Shown: piece after piece, positions 10,073 through 19,988 of the stretch
Numbering within the stretch: position 1 is the stretch's first letter
Layout: the number at the start of each line of letters is the position of its first letter
Assembly (NCBI GenBank): GCA_965222115.1
Contig: CBDCTJ010000001.1
Coordinates: forward strand, 480,001 to 544,000
Direction of reading: 5' to 3'
DNA length: 64,000 nt
Source: Planctomycetota bacterium
GTDB lineage: Bacteria > Planctomycetota > PLA2 > JAEUHO01
Made by a program: the position numbers and the translations under genes
Notes under the pieces: generated by a model
Told to the model about the DNA's origin: nothing
The model's database searches: none
Seen by the model: the letters and a program-made list of their open reading frames with translations, nothing else

Positions 10073-11926
10073 ATGACGCCCGACGATGCCTTATTCGCCG
10101 ATGCGCTGCATCAATGGGAAGCCTCGGGGCTCCGGCGCACGCTGGCCGAGATTGAAGGCGAAGACTTTTGCAGCAACGACTACTTGGGATTGGCGCACAA
10201 CCCCCACCTCGCGGAAGCCGCCATTCAGACCATTCGCGATTGGGGTACGGGCAGTCGCGCGGCGCGCTTGTTGGGTGGACAGCTTCCATTGCACCACGCG
10301 CTGGAAGCTGAGGCGGCCGCGTGGATGGGTGTCGACGCCGCGTTGTTGTTTCCAAGCGGATGGCAAGCCAACACCGGGTTGTTGTCGGCTTTGCCGGGAC
10401 CCAACGACGTCGTCCTAAGTGATCGCAACAATCACGCCTCGCTCATTGATGGCATGCGTTTGTCGCCTGCCGCGGTACGCATCTTTGCACACAACGATCC
10501 TACATCGCTGGAGCGCCAACTTGGCGACTTGAGTGGCTATGACCGTCGCTGGATCGTGGTGGAGTCTGTCTATTCCATGGACGGCTCATTTGCGCCGCTC
10601 GACGCTTACGCAGCACTCGCCAAAAAACATGATGCGTGGCTAATCGTGGACGAAGCACATGCGGCGGGTCTCTATGGCGACAAGGGACAAGGTCGTACTT
10701 CGTCCATGGACGACACGTCGCGCGTCGTTGCGCGCGTAATCACGGGCGGCAAAGCACTTGGCGTTGCGGGCGCATTGGTGGGTGGCTCACGTTCCCTGAT
10801 CGACTTGTTGATTCAACGCGCACGTTCGTTCGTGTTCACCACCGCCCCGATGCCCGCCATGGTTGGTGCGCTCCACGCATCGATTCGCGTAGTAACCGGT
10901 GCACATGAAGCCCGCGCGCACGTTCATCGCGCTGCGAGACGACTTCGAAGTGCATTGCCCGCGTCGTGGCTGGCAGCCGGCGAGAGTCCGATTGTTTTTC
11001 TCAGGTTGGGCGACCCGGAAACTGCGGTTGCGGCCGCAGCAAAGTTGCAAGACGACGGATTCTATGTGCGCGCCGTTCGCCCCCCCACCGTACGTCGCGG
11101 TGGTAGTGGACTTCGAATCGTGTGTCACGCCGATCACGACGATGAGACGATCGATCAACTCGCCTCGACCATTCGCCGCACGCTCGCCGGTCAAGACACC
11201 GCAACACCTAAGTTAGAGGCAGAGGTCGGCGCCAAGCGCCCGTCCATGATCGTTGTCGCGGGAACCGATACAGACGTCGGAAAGTCGGTCGTGAGCGCCG
11301 CGGCCATGTGCGCGTTGAAAAACGCACAACAACCTGCGATGTACTGGAAGGCGATCCAAACTGGAACGGCGTCGGACACGCAAGTCGTGACTGGACTTGC
11401 GCAGCTTGAAGCTCATCAATGGGCTAAACCCGCGCGCGAATTCGCCTTGCCTGCGTCGATGGATCAGGCAGCAAATGCTGAAGGTGCATTTGTCGGCGTT
11501 GCCGACCTCATGGACGCAAGTCGTCGAGTCAAATCCGAAGCACCCGCGGACGCAGTCATCGTTATCGAAACCGCTGGTGGCGTGCTGGTACCATTAAACG
11601 ATCACGAAGATCAGGGACAGTTTATTGATGAGTTGCGCGCACCGGTCGTGCTTGTCGCGCGAAGCGGACTCGGCACGCTCAACCACACGTTGCTCACCGT
11701 CGAGGCCCTGCGGAGACGCGGTGTACGTTTGGCGGCGCTGATACTTGTGGGTCCTAAGCACGAAGCCAATGTGCGCTCGCTCAGGCCACGTTTGGGCCCC
11801 ATTCCTCTGCTGTCGATGCCCCGCTTTGATCCCTTGACTCACGAATCCCTGAGCGCCTGGTGCCGGGACGCCTGTTTTCACGACATACTGATGCGTGCGC
11901 TAGGGCGACGCGAGGAACGCATGTGA
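10073..11926 (+). CDS. bioF: Fused 8-amino-7-oxononanoate synthase / dethiobiotin synthetase (BioF-BioD)
   Basis: N-terminal DFCSNDYLGL, NHASLIDG, DEAH, GKALG; C-terminal GTDTDVGKS, ETAGG, GLGTLNHT, all in one continuous ORF. Confidence 0.93.
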   Translation: MTPDDALFADALHQWEASGLRRTLAEIEGEDFCSNDYLGLAHNPHLAEAAIQTIRDWGTGSRAARLLGGQLPLHHALEAEAAAWMGVDAALLFPSGWQANTGLLSALPGPNDVVLSDRNNHASLIDGMRLSPAAVRIFAHNDPTSLERQLGDLSGYDRRWIVVESVYSMDGSFAPLDAYAALAKKHDAWLIVDEAHAAGLYGDKGQGRTSSMDDTSRVVARVITGGKALGVAGALVGGSRSLIDLLIQRARSFVFTTAPMPAMVGALHASIRVVTGAHEARAHVHRAARRLRSALPASWLAAGESPIVFLRLGDPETAVAAAAKLQDDGFYVRAVRPPTVRRGGSGLRIVCHADHDDETIDQLASTIRRTLAGQDTATPKLEAEVGAKRPSMIVVAGTDTDVGKSVVSAAAMCALKNAQQPAMYWKAIQTGTASDTQVVTGLAQLEAHQWAKPAREFALPASMDQAANAEGAFVGVADLMDASRRVKSEAPADAVIVIETAGGVLVPLNDHEDQGQFIDELRAPVVLVARSGLGTLNHTLLTVEALRRRGVRLAALILVGPKHEANVRSLRPRLGPIPLLSMPRFDPLTHESLSAWCRDACFHDILMRALGRREERM

Positions 11927-13191
11927 ACACCGATCCATCGTGGATGGGCATGGACGCGGCACACTGCTGGCATCCGTATACCCAACACGGCGTGGATCCC
12001 ACACCGCTCCCGGTCGTCGCCGCCAAAGAATCATGGCTCGAACTTGCCGACGGCACGCGCATGATCGATGCCATCTCGTCGTGGTGGTGTTGTCTACACG
12101 GACACGGACATCCCGTGTTGATTGAAGCACTTCGCAAGCAAGCCGAGACACTCGACCATGTTCTCTACGCAGGTTGTGCTCACGAGCCCGCTTCACGGCT
12201 CGCGCTTGAGCTTGTGAAGCGCGCGCCGCCCGGTCTCTCACGGGTGTTCTATAGCGACAACGGCAGTACGTCCGTAGAGGTGGCGCTGAAGGCTGCCTAC
12301 GCGACCGCGGTGCGCAACGGCGAAACCGATCGAACGACCTTTGTCGCACTACAGGGCGGATACCACGGCGACACCGTCGGTGCGATGTCGGTGGGCGATC
12401 CGGATCCCTTCTTCGCCAACTTCAAGGGCATGCTCTTTTCCGTTGTGCGCACGTCAACCGACCCCGACATGTTGACGGCCATCGTTGACGGTCTTGGAAA
12501 CAAGGTGGCGGGCATCATCGTGGAACCCGTCGTGCAGGGGGCGAATGGCATGACGGTCGTGCCCGACGAATTTTTGCAGACGGCACGTGCGCTGTGCGAT
12601 CGCAATGGCGCCCTGCTTATTGCCGACGAGGTGTTTACTGGCTTTGGCCGCACAGGGACCTTCTTCGCGTGTGAGCGCGCAGGCGTCAGTCCGGATGCGC
12701 TTTGCCTTTCCAAGGCGCTCACCAATGGCATGCTTCCGCTCGCCGCGACGCTCTTCCGCGAAACTACCTATCAGTCCTTTGTGAGTAGTGATCGCGAACA
12801 GATGTTTTTTCACGGCCACACGTTTACGGCCAACCCATTGGCGTGTGCCGTTGCGCTTGCTTCGCTTTCGCTCTTCGAAGAAAACGACACGTTGAAGCGT
12901 CTTGGCGCCATCGGAAGTCGTCTCGCTAAGCTCCTGGCTCCCTATCGCGACGACCCGCGCTTCGCGTTTCGACACATAGGCAACATCGTGGCCATTGAAA
13001 TTGTCGCCGAAGATGAAGGCTATCTCTCGGCCGTCGGTGAAACACTTCGCAGCGCATGCCGTGAACGTTCGAAGGACGTTCTGCTGCGTCCCATGGGAAA
13101 TGTGCTGTACGCCGTCCCCCCTGCGTCCACCACCACAGGCGAATGCGATCTGATTGCGGAGCGCATGACTGATGTGCTCTATTCCGTTTAG
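11923..13191 (+). CDS. bioA: Adenosylmethionine-8-amino-7-oxononanoate aminotransferase
   Basis: WHPYTQ, DAISSWW, YHGDTVGAMS, DEVFTGFGRTG, LSKALT; GTGA overlap. Confidence 0.96.
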   Translation: MNTDPSWMGMDAAHCWHPYTQHGVDPTPLPVVAAKESWLELADGTRMIDAISSWWCCLHGHGHPVLIEALRKQAETLDHVLYAGCAHEPASRLALELVKRAPPGLSRVFYSDNGSTSVEVALKAAYATAVRNGETDRTTFVALQGGYHGDTVGAMSVGDPDPFFANFKGMLFSVVRTSTDPDMLTAIVDGLGNKVAGIIVEPVVQGANGMTVVPDEFLQTARALCDRNGALLIADEVFTGFGRTGTFFACERAGVSPDALCLSKALTNGMLPLAATLFRETTYQSFVSSDREQMFFHGHTFTANPLACAVALASLSLFEENDTLKRLGAIGSRLAKLLAPYRDDPRFAFRHIGNIVAIEIVAEDEGYLSAVGETLRSACRERSKDVLLRPMGNVLYAVPPASTTTGECDLIAERMTDVLYSV

Positions 13192-13273
13192 TGGGAATCC
13201 TAACGTCGGTACTGGTCTCGTCGTACTCGACTATGGCCAGGAGGCGTGCCAACGCGTTCGCGCAACCGCCGCG

Positions 13274-14188
13274 CTACTCAGGAACGACCAAATCCAATTC
13301 TTTGACTTCGCCGACTCCCACCACGACGCCTTCGGCGACCACGACGCCATTTTCGGCATCGGGAAGTCGCACCCAGAAATCGTAAGTGCCCGGTTCAAGC
13401 GCGACGGCGTAGGCGCCCTTGGCCGGCTCGCCTTCTTCCGTGGGCTCGCCGACACTAATCGTCGCGATGATTGGCTCAACCGACTCCTCGTCGCCGGCGT
13501 CGCGGACAGCCACTTCGGCGCCTTCGATGCCCAGCGCGCCGCTGTCCATGACAATGCCCATGACCAATGACGTCTCGGCCAAATTGATCGCACGAATCAC
13601 CGGACGAAAGATGACGCCGCCTTCGCCTGCCTTAAGCTCATTGCACGTGGGCTCACCACCGAGGCCCGTCGTATGAAAACTCTTGGTCAAGTCAACGTCG
13701 AGCAACAGTTCACTTGTTTGACCCGACGCCACAAGTAGCGGTGGGTCAATCTTGACTTTGATGCCACTACTCTGCCCGCTCGGCACCTTGAATGGCTGCG
13801 CCGGTGACCCATCGTCAAACTCAAGTTCGGCGCCATCAATCACAAGACGAACTTCGTCGTAGGCGCCTGTCGGCACTTCGATTGCTCCGAGTTGATCCGA
13901 CAAGCCGGCACGCAACTTCAACAGATCAATGCGCGTGGGCTCGTCCCCGTCCATGAGCGATAGCTCGGTCCAGCCACCTTCTTCCCCACCGCGAATATTG
14001 ACGCCCACCAAATCCACCCATGCGGCCGACACACAACCTTCGGTTGCCGGAAACGGTGCATCGGTGATGGAGAGCACCATAGTTCCGGTATCGTGACCAC
14101 CACCCCCGCTGCCACACGCGACGACGCCAAGCGAAAGTAGGCCGGCAAGCGCTAGGGCGCAAAAACGGATGGGAACTGATCGAAACAT
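13274..14188 (-). CDS. DUF4382-like lipoprotein with a C-terminal carboxypeptidase-regulatory-like domain
   Basis: Lipobox VVAC; 'LSITDAP', 'KVPSGQSSGIK', 'LLLDVDLTKSF', 'FRPVIR'. Confidence 0.75.
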   Translation of the reverse strand: MFRSVPIRFCALALAGLLSLGVVACGSGGGGHDTGTMVLSITDAPFPATEGCVSAAWVDLVGVNIRGGEEGGWTELSLMDGDEPTRIDLLKLRAGLSDQLGAIEVPTGAYDEVRLVIDGAELEFDDGSPAQPFKVPSGQSSGIKVKIDPPLLVASGQTSELLLDVDLTKSFHTTGLGGEPTCNELKAGEGGVIFRPVIRAINLAETSLVMGIVMDSGALGIEGAEVAVRDAGDEESVEPIIATISVGEPTEEGEPAKGAYAVALEPGTYDFWVRLPDAENGVVVAEGVVVGVGEVKELDLVVPE

Positions 14189-14411
14189 GAGTGCACTCCT
14201 GAAATGGGACCACCTACACAATTATCGCCTCCTCGACAGTACGATCGAGCATCTGAAGCGAAATAATGCTGATTCGGGTAGGCGTGCAGGGCGTCCTCCC
14301 AGAGAATCTTGGATGACGACTCGACTCAGTCTCAAACGCGATCTGGGGACCCGAGCCGATGTATCAGCCCTTTCCCGTGCCCGTATCCTTGGCTTTGGAG
14401 CATTTGCGTTG

Positions 14412-17381
14412 ATGAGAATCCACCTCGTCGTCCTCGTTGTAGTAGCGGCTTCCGTTCTGTTGTCGGCGCGCAGGCACGCCCAAGCGGAGCAGTACGAATC
14501 GGGATTACCCCCCGCCGGATGCTGGACCATGGAGGGTGGATCACCGGCGCGCTCGGGCGCGTCGCGCCTTCCGGGCATTCGCGATGGCGTGCTCGAGGCA
14601 TGGTCTCAAACCATCGGTGAGGACGGAGCGTCCATCGACGAAGAACCGCGAGTCTGGGACTACCGAATCTATGTGAGTGTCCGTAGCCCGAAGCACATGT
14701 CGTTGCACGTATTGGGGCTGAGCAACGGAAAACCACTGGCCGACCCGGTTACCGTCGAATCCAACCTCAAACTCGAACCCTCCGTATGGAATGACATCGT
14801 ACTGATTCGCACGGGGAGCCGATCGCTTGGTGCGTTTCGCCTCGCGGAGGGAACACTTGAAGAAATTTGGTCCGTAGAAACGGACGGCGATGTGTTTTCG
14901 CCAATGCTCATTGACGGCGACGTGTTTGCCTTGGTGGGCACCGACATCGTTTGCTGGTCGGTGAGAGACGAAAAGCAACCGCGTTGGCGCGCAAAGGGCG
15001 ACTACCGAGGTCCCTTGGCGTGTAGAGGGTACACGGTGTTGGCAAAGGTCATTGATGACCAGGGAAATCTCTACGCCGTACCACTGTATCGAGATCATCC
15101 TCTTGAGCGCAAACGTCTATTCCTTCGAACACTTTCATCGGCGGACAGGGGCCAACTCGGCAACATGGGCACCTTGGCCATTCACGACAAGCAGGTATTC
15201 GCTCACTTCCCGGTTCCCTTTCGATCCAAAGAGGACAATTCGGCACGCCACGTCATGTGGCTACGCCGTCTAGACGAATTTGGGGAACTTCAGAAGCTTG
15301 GGTGGATCGATCACATGAAGTTGCCCGTAGAAGTCGGAACGTCTTGGATCACGAGAGATCGAGACAAGCGCAATCGAGTTCAACTCATATTTTGTGAACT
15401 CGCCGAAGGCAAGACGGATGTCTACACCTCGTTCTCACTTTCTCAGGGAAAATACCACCGCAGTTACGCCACGACCCCGCGCCCATGTACCGCGGTAGAA
15501 GGCTGCGTATATTCCGGCGAGCGCGCGTTTGACCCAGTGACGCACAAGATCCTCTGGAACACGGGGAAAGACGCGCGCTTTCGTCTCGTCCCGGGACACA
15601 ACACGCTGCTTTCAGTACGCGGCCTACGACAACTTGTAGCGCTGCGATCCAAAGGCACGGCAGGCGCGCCGCTGTTTGTGGGGCCATCTAGCGTCATTGG
15701 CACCAAAGACGCCACCGAACCGGTTCGAACCCGCGGTATCGTCTACTTTGATGACGACTCGTGGCACGAGGGCGACTACGAGATTTCGCTCAATGGCGCA
15801 ACGCTCACAACCGTCACAGAGAGAAAGAAGCGCGAGAAGCGAAAACCGTTTGACGTGGGTCGTGTGCTATTTGCGTTGGACGAAAATCACGCGCTTGTGT
15901 ATGTGGCCTCGCCCATGGAGATCGAGCGACTGCTGGGGCGCTATCACTTCTATCGTCACCAAAAGGCCTACGTGAAGTTTGCGCGTGACGCGTTCCGCAC
16001 GGGTGACCCCAAGCTCATGGGCAAGTTCCTACGCGGTGCCGAGAACCGAGGCGCGACGAGGAAGGAACTCAAGTTCCCGTACAAGCAGCAACAGGCCTTG
16101 ATCAAGCGTCCCCGCAAGATCTCTGCCAAGAAAGTCAAAGCGTTGAACGACGCCGAGGCCGCGCTTCGCAAACAGGACGCCGCGATCACAGACGCTGCGA
16201 TGGTGAGCACGATCGACGATCCGCGATGGCCCATCCGGAAGATGTATTTGCGACGTCTACTGAAGCGTGACAAACCGCCCGCCAAGGCAGTTGCCATGGT
16301 TCGCGAACGCGTTCCTGCGTTCCTCATGCCCAAGGGCGAGTTCAACGCGCTTGAATGGCTCGATTTGGTCGACCAGTTTCAGCACACCACGATTCAACAG
16401 CTCAAGCCGCCCGAGGGTGAGTCGAGCGACCTTACACGCGTGGAACGAGAGTTTGGCTCGGCCCGACTGACGTGGCGCAAGGATCTCGTGGCCTTGGAGG
16501 CCAACCAGTTGCTCATTATGTCGCCCTTGGCAAAACCGGAACGCATTGCGGGCTGTCTTTCATTGGGCACGCTGGTTTGCGATGCCCTGGAACAAGTTTT
16601 TGAAAGCGGCAAAGCCGTCCGCACCGACCCATGGCCGCTCATGTTGCGCCTCTATGAGAACAAAGACGAATACATGCACGCTTGGCTTCAACCCAACACG
16701 CCAAGTTCCTACAAGAAGCGCATGGAGGATTCGGCCGGACACTTCGATCCCAGCGCGGGTATCTCTCGAATCTACTTTCCTCCCGATCGACGCGGATGGG
16801 CGAGCGTCATGGACACCTACGCCCACGAGCTAACTCATCACTGGATCGCTGAACGTTGCCCGCTGTTTCGCGACCAAGATCGAGGGCGAGTATCGGGGGG
16901 CGCCGGATATTGGATCGTTGAGGGCATCGCGGAGTTCATTGAGAGCTTTCGTTGGGATCTGGAAAACAGATCGTGGGACCCCCGCAATCCCTATTCGTTC
17001 CCGCTGGATATCGTCGGCAGCATTGACCCGGAGCATTTGTACAACTGGGACACGTTCTTCGCGATCAGCTCCACGTCGTTTTGGAAACTCGACTCGGAGA
17101 AGACTCGCTGCCACGTGCCCATGCGCTGGCGCATGGGACGCGAGTATCCGTTGGACGACACGCTCTTGTTCTACTGCCAAGCCGGCGCCACCTGTCACTA
17201 CCTCTACCAGGCCTCACCCGAACTGCGCACCGCCATGCTCAACTACGTTCGGGATCACTACACCGGAAAGCACAAACCAGGAAAGCACGACATTGAGCGC
17301 GTGTTCGGCATGTCCGCCGCCGAGCTTGGAAAACGTGTCGTGGACTACGCGCGAAGCGCCCTCAAGCCCGGCGCGAAGTAG
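14412..17381 (+). CDS. Secreted protein with a PQQ-like beta-propeller and a C-terminal HExxH gluzincin-like domain
   Basis: Signal peptide; 'WTMEGGSPARSG' and Trp-docking repeats; 'AHELTHHW...WIVEGIAEF'. Confidence 0.65.
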   Translation: MRIHLVVLVVVAASVLLSARRHAQAEQYESGLPPAGCWTMEGGSPARSGASRLPGIRDGVLEAWSQTIGEDGASIDEEPRVWDYRIYVSVRSPKHMSLHVLGLSNGKPLADPVTVESNLKLEPSVWNDIVLIRTGSRSLGAFRLAEGTLEEIWSVETDGDVFSPMLIDGDVFALVGTDIVCWSVRDEKQPRWRAKGDYRGPLACRGYTVLAKVIDDQGNLYAVPLYRDHPLERKRLFLRTLSSADRGQLGNMGTLAIHDKQVFAHFPVPFRSKEDNSARHVMWLRRLDEFGELQKLGWIDHMKLPVEVGTSWITRDRDKRNRVQLIFCELAEGKTDVYTSFSLSQGKYHRSYATTPRPCTAVEGCVYSGERAFDPVTHKILWNTGKDARFRLVPGHNTLLSVRGLRQLVALRSKGTAGAPLFVGPSSVIGTKDATEPVRTRGIVYFDDDSWHEGDYEISLNGATLTTVTERKKREKRKPFDVGRVLFALDENHALVYVASPMEIERLLGRYHFYRHQKAYVKFARDAFRTGDPKLMGKFLRGAENRGATRKELKFPYKQQQALIKRPRKISAKKVKALNDAEAALRKQDAAITDAAMVSTIDDPRWPIRKMYLRRLLKRDKPPAKAVAMVRERVPAFLMPKGEFNALEWLDLVDQFQHTTIQQLKPPEGESSDLTRVEREFGSARLTWRKDLVALEANQLLIMSPLAKPERIAGCLSLGTLVCDALEQVFESGKAVRTDPWPLMLRLYENKDEYMHAWLQPNTPSSYKKRMEDSAGHFDPSAGISRIYFPPDRRGWASVMDTYAHELTHHWIAERCPLFRDQDRGRVSGGAGYWIVEGIAEFIESFRWDLENRSWDPRNPYSFPLDIVGSIDPEHLYNWDTFFAISSTSFWKLDSEKTRCHVPMRWRMGREYPLDDTLLFYCQAGATCHYLYQASPELRTAMLNYVRDHYTGKHKPGKHDIERVFGMSAAELGKRVVDYARSALKPGAK

Positions 17382-17486
17382 TCGAGACGCCTCAATGCGC
17401 CGCCATCGCGGCCAAATCCGCCGCCTGCGAGAACTCAACGCGATCGATTACGTTTGATAGACTACAGCTTGTTGCGAGGAGACCCC

Positions 17487-18245
17487 ATGTGCTGCTTTAG
17501 TCGTCCCGTACTGTCCGTAAATAGCACCAAGATCTTTGCGAGGGCGCTGGCCAAAGGCCGCCAGCTCTTGGCCTACTCCATGCATCTTCACGCCAAGGAA
17601 GCCGTGGCGATGATTCTGCCATTGCCGGTGCCGCCGAAGTCAAAGGGCGACGCCGTGCGGTTTATCAACTTGGAGAAGTACGCCGGCTTTTTCGATGATT
17701 TGGCCAAGGGGTTTCCCGTGCCCAAATCCGATGGCTGGGGCCCGGCGGAGGGCAAGTCCAAGGGTCGTCGCCGCGAACTCAAAGTTGTGGACGTCGGGAG
17801 CTTTGAAGCCAGTTTCGTTCCCTCGGTGAAAGACTTCGATCGACTCGACGAACGTTTTCGTTTGCCGACCGATGTATGGAAGGGGCTGCCGCTCTATCGC
17901 GACTACGGCTTTGCGGTCTTCAAGCTAAAACCCGGCAAGAAGAAGATTCACCCCATGGCGTTTGATTTCCCTAACCGCACGCCGGGCAAGCTCTTCTTCC
18001 CCACGGTCCACATTCATGACGGCAAAGTCCACGAGCGGGCGCGCTTCGATCACGGGCTCTACTGTCAGCAAAATGCCAACGGCACGCTCGATCTGCTCAA
18101 CTGGCAAGAGACCCCCGATGTCGCACAGACGTTTATGGCTATGAAGAAGACCGAGGGACTCATCGCGCCCAAAGAACACGTCTACCGAAAAATCATGCGC
18201 GGCAAGCTCAAGAATCAGGACACAGTCGTAGAACTTCGGCGCTGA
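17487..18245 (+). CDS. Hypothetical protein beginning MCCFS (DUF2330-like features)
   Basis: AGGAG RBS; coding-like codon bias; 'AMILPLP', 'HPMAFDFP', 'FFPTVHIHDG'. Confidence 0.65.
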   Translation: MCCFSRPVLSVNSTKIFARALAKGRQLLAYSMHLHAKEAVAMILPLPVPPKSKGDAVRFINLEKYAGFFDDLAKGFPVPKSDGWGPAEGKSKGRRRELKVVDVGSFEASFVPSVKDFDRLDERFRLPTDVWKGLPLYRDYGFAVFKLKPGKKKIHPMAFDFPNRTPGKLFFPTVHIHDGKVHERARFDHGLYCQQNANGTLDLLNWQETPDVAQTFMAMKKTEGLIAPKEHVYRKIMRGKLKNQDTVVELRR

Positions 18246-18321
18246 CGCCAATCCGAAAATTTCGTACGATGCGCGCCGCGCTCGATCTTCGCTCGTGAGG
18301 ATCGGGCCGGGGAGTTTCATC

Positions 18322-19572
18322 GTGCGTATCGCTGCAACTGTTCTCATCCTCGCATCGACGTGTATCTATCCCAGGACCTCATCGGCCAAAGAGTCGGCGG
18401 GCGATCTGATCCAGAAGGCTAATGCGCACATGGAGGCGGGCGAACTTGACGTTGCCTCAACAACACTCGGCAAAGCGGCTGCCTTGGCTCAAAAGAAGAA
18501 GGATTTGGAGTCCGAGGTCGAGGCGGCAGAGGCGTTTGAGAAATTGCTCCGCAAGCCACGCAGAGACGCGTTCCTCGGTACGGGGATCGACAAATCGAAC
18601 AGTTCGTCATCCGATGCGCACGCAAAGTCAAACTACTCATCTCTTCTACTCAAATTCATGAAAGAGCTCGATCCCAAGCGACTGGGTGCAATCTCATCGG
18701 CCCACACATTGGCGCGTGCGATTCTTGAGCAAGCCTCGGAGACGGGCGACAACACCGGGGTCACCGAAGCTGCGCCTGTACTTCAAAGGCACCTGACAAA
18801 CAAGCACGCTGGCAAGATGGGCGAAGCGATGGCGTTCTATGGACGCGGTATGATGGCACGGACGCAAAAGGACCACGCGGCATCTCATCTCGCGCTGCGC
18901 AGAGCGCTCGACCTGGCCGTAGAATCAGGCTGGACGAGATTATCGATATTGATCGGCACGGAGGCGGCGGCGGCGGCAATCGCCTCCGGTGACAGTGAGT
19001 CTGCAAAGAAGGCCCTTGCAGACGTTGTTCCGGTCATGAAGAATCAGCACTACCAACTAACGGTGTATTGGAAGCGTGTCATCAAGCATCGTCTTCGTGG
19101 CGTTTCCGATGACGTGATGGCACCTGCGAACGCGTTCTTTGACACAGACAAGCGAAAAGGAAGCATGGTCGGCGCCCAAGGAGGCAAAGGTGGCCGCGGC
19201 GGTGCTGGTGGTGGCGCAGATTCCAGAAGCGAATTCGGCAAGGCCTACAAAAGACTAAAAAAGAAGAAGCCATTTGTCTCCGTGACACGCACGAAAGATG
19301 GCATGAGGCTTTCCGAACACTTCGGACCCAAGCGCACTCACGAACAACCATTCAACTACATGATGAAACACTGGCACGAAGATGGTGTCGCGGTTTCGTT
19401 CTTTCACCAGTTCGTATGCCTTCGCATGATCGACATGACCGGACGCCGCGGCGGACCCGGGGGAAGCAATGAAGCGTCCCACGCGTGGGCGTTCTACCCG
19501 CTGGCAATAGGCGAGACCTGGGGTGTCATGAAAGACGGCACGATCACCATCAGATCCAAGAAGCGCAGATAG
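18322..19572 (+). CDS. Secreted helical (TPR-like) hypothetical protein
   Basis: Long ORF with a signal peptide, amphipathic helices and a Gly-rich linker. Confidence 0.6.
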   Translation: MRIAATVLILASTCIYPRTSSAKESAGDLIQKANAHMEAGELDVASTTLGKAAALAQKKKDLESEVEAAEAFEKLLRKPRRDAFLGTGIDKSNSSSSDAHAKSNYSSLLLKFMKELDPKRLGAISSAHTLARAILEQASETGDNTGVTEAAPVLQRHLTNKHAGKMGEAMAFYGRGMMARTQKDHAASHLALRRALDLAVESGWTRLSILIGTEAAAAAIASGDSESAKKALADVVPVMKNQHYQLTVYWKRVIKHRLRGVSDDVMAPANAFFDTDKRKGSMVGAQGGKGGRGGAGGGADSRSEFGKAYKRLKKKKPFVSVTRTKDGMRLSEHFGPKRTHEQPFNYMMKHWHEDGVAVSFFHQFVCLRMIDMTGRRGGPGGSNEASHAWAFYPLAIGETWGVMKDGTITIRSKKRR

Positions 19573-19808
19573 CGCAAGACAACCCAGTTGCCACCTGTGC
19601 GGGACGTTAGTCATTGGGCCCAGTGGCCTCCGGGACAGGCTGAACCACGCCTCCGTTCGGCCAATTGTCGTGACAAGCCCTAAAAATTGGGGTCTCGGGA
19701 CCCTCGGCCCAGAAGAATTGGCGAATTCTAGGGAAACCCACAGTCGGTAGGGAGCGTCCCATGTATGGGTCGGAAGGGCCTCCCGCTGGTGGCGGGATCG
19801 GCCTGACC

Positions 19809-19814
19809 TATACT
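19809..19814 (+). promoter_or_regulatory. Candidate -10 box TATACT
   Basis: Near-consensus hexamer about 175 nt upstream of the ATG at 19989; no clear -35 box. Confidence 0.35.
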
Positions 19815-19988
19815 CTTTGCTGGACCGCTAGGTCTGAGGGTTCGCATCGTCGCGCTGCCTCAGCCTGGGAGTTCAGCACGGAATTCTGCTTTCGGCTCGG
19901 CGAAACACACTGGCGAAGGCGCCAGAAGTACACTCGCCGCGATGCCCTGAAAATCAGTTTACGAGTTCGAATCGTCATGGAGTTACGA

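Noticed and set aside
19815-19960. tRNA-Sec (selC) or a known riboswitch
   Set aside because: No UCA anticodon arm, T-arm or CCA arrangement, and no recognisable riboswitch consensus
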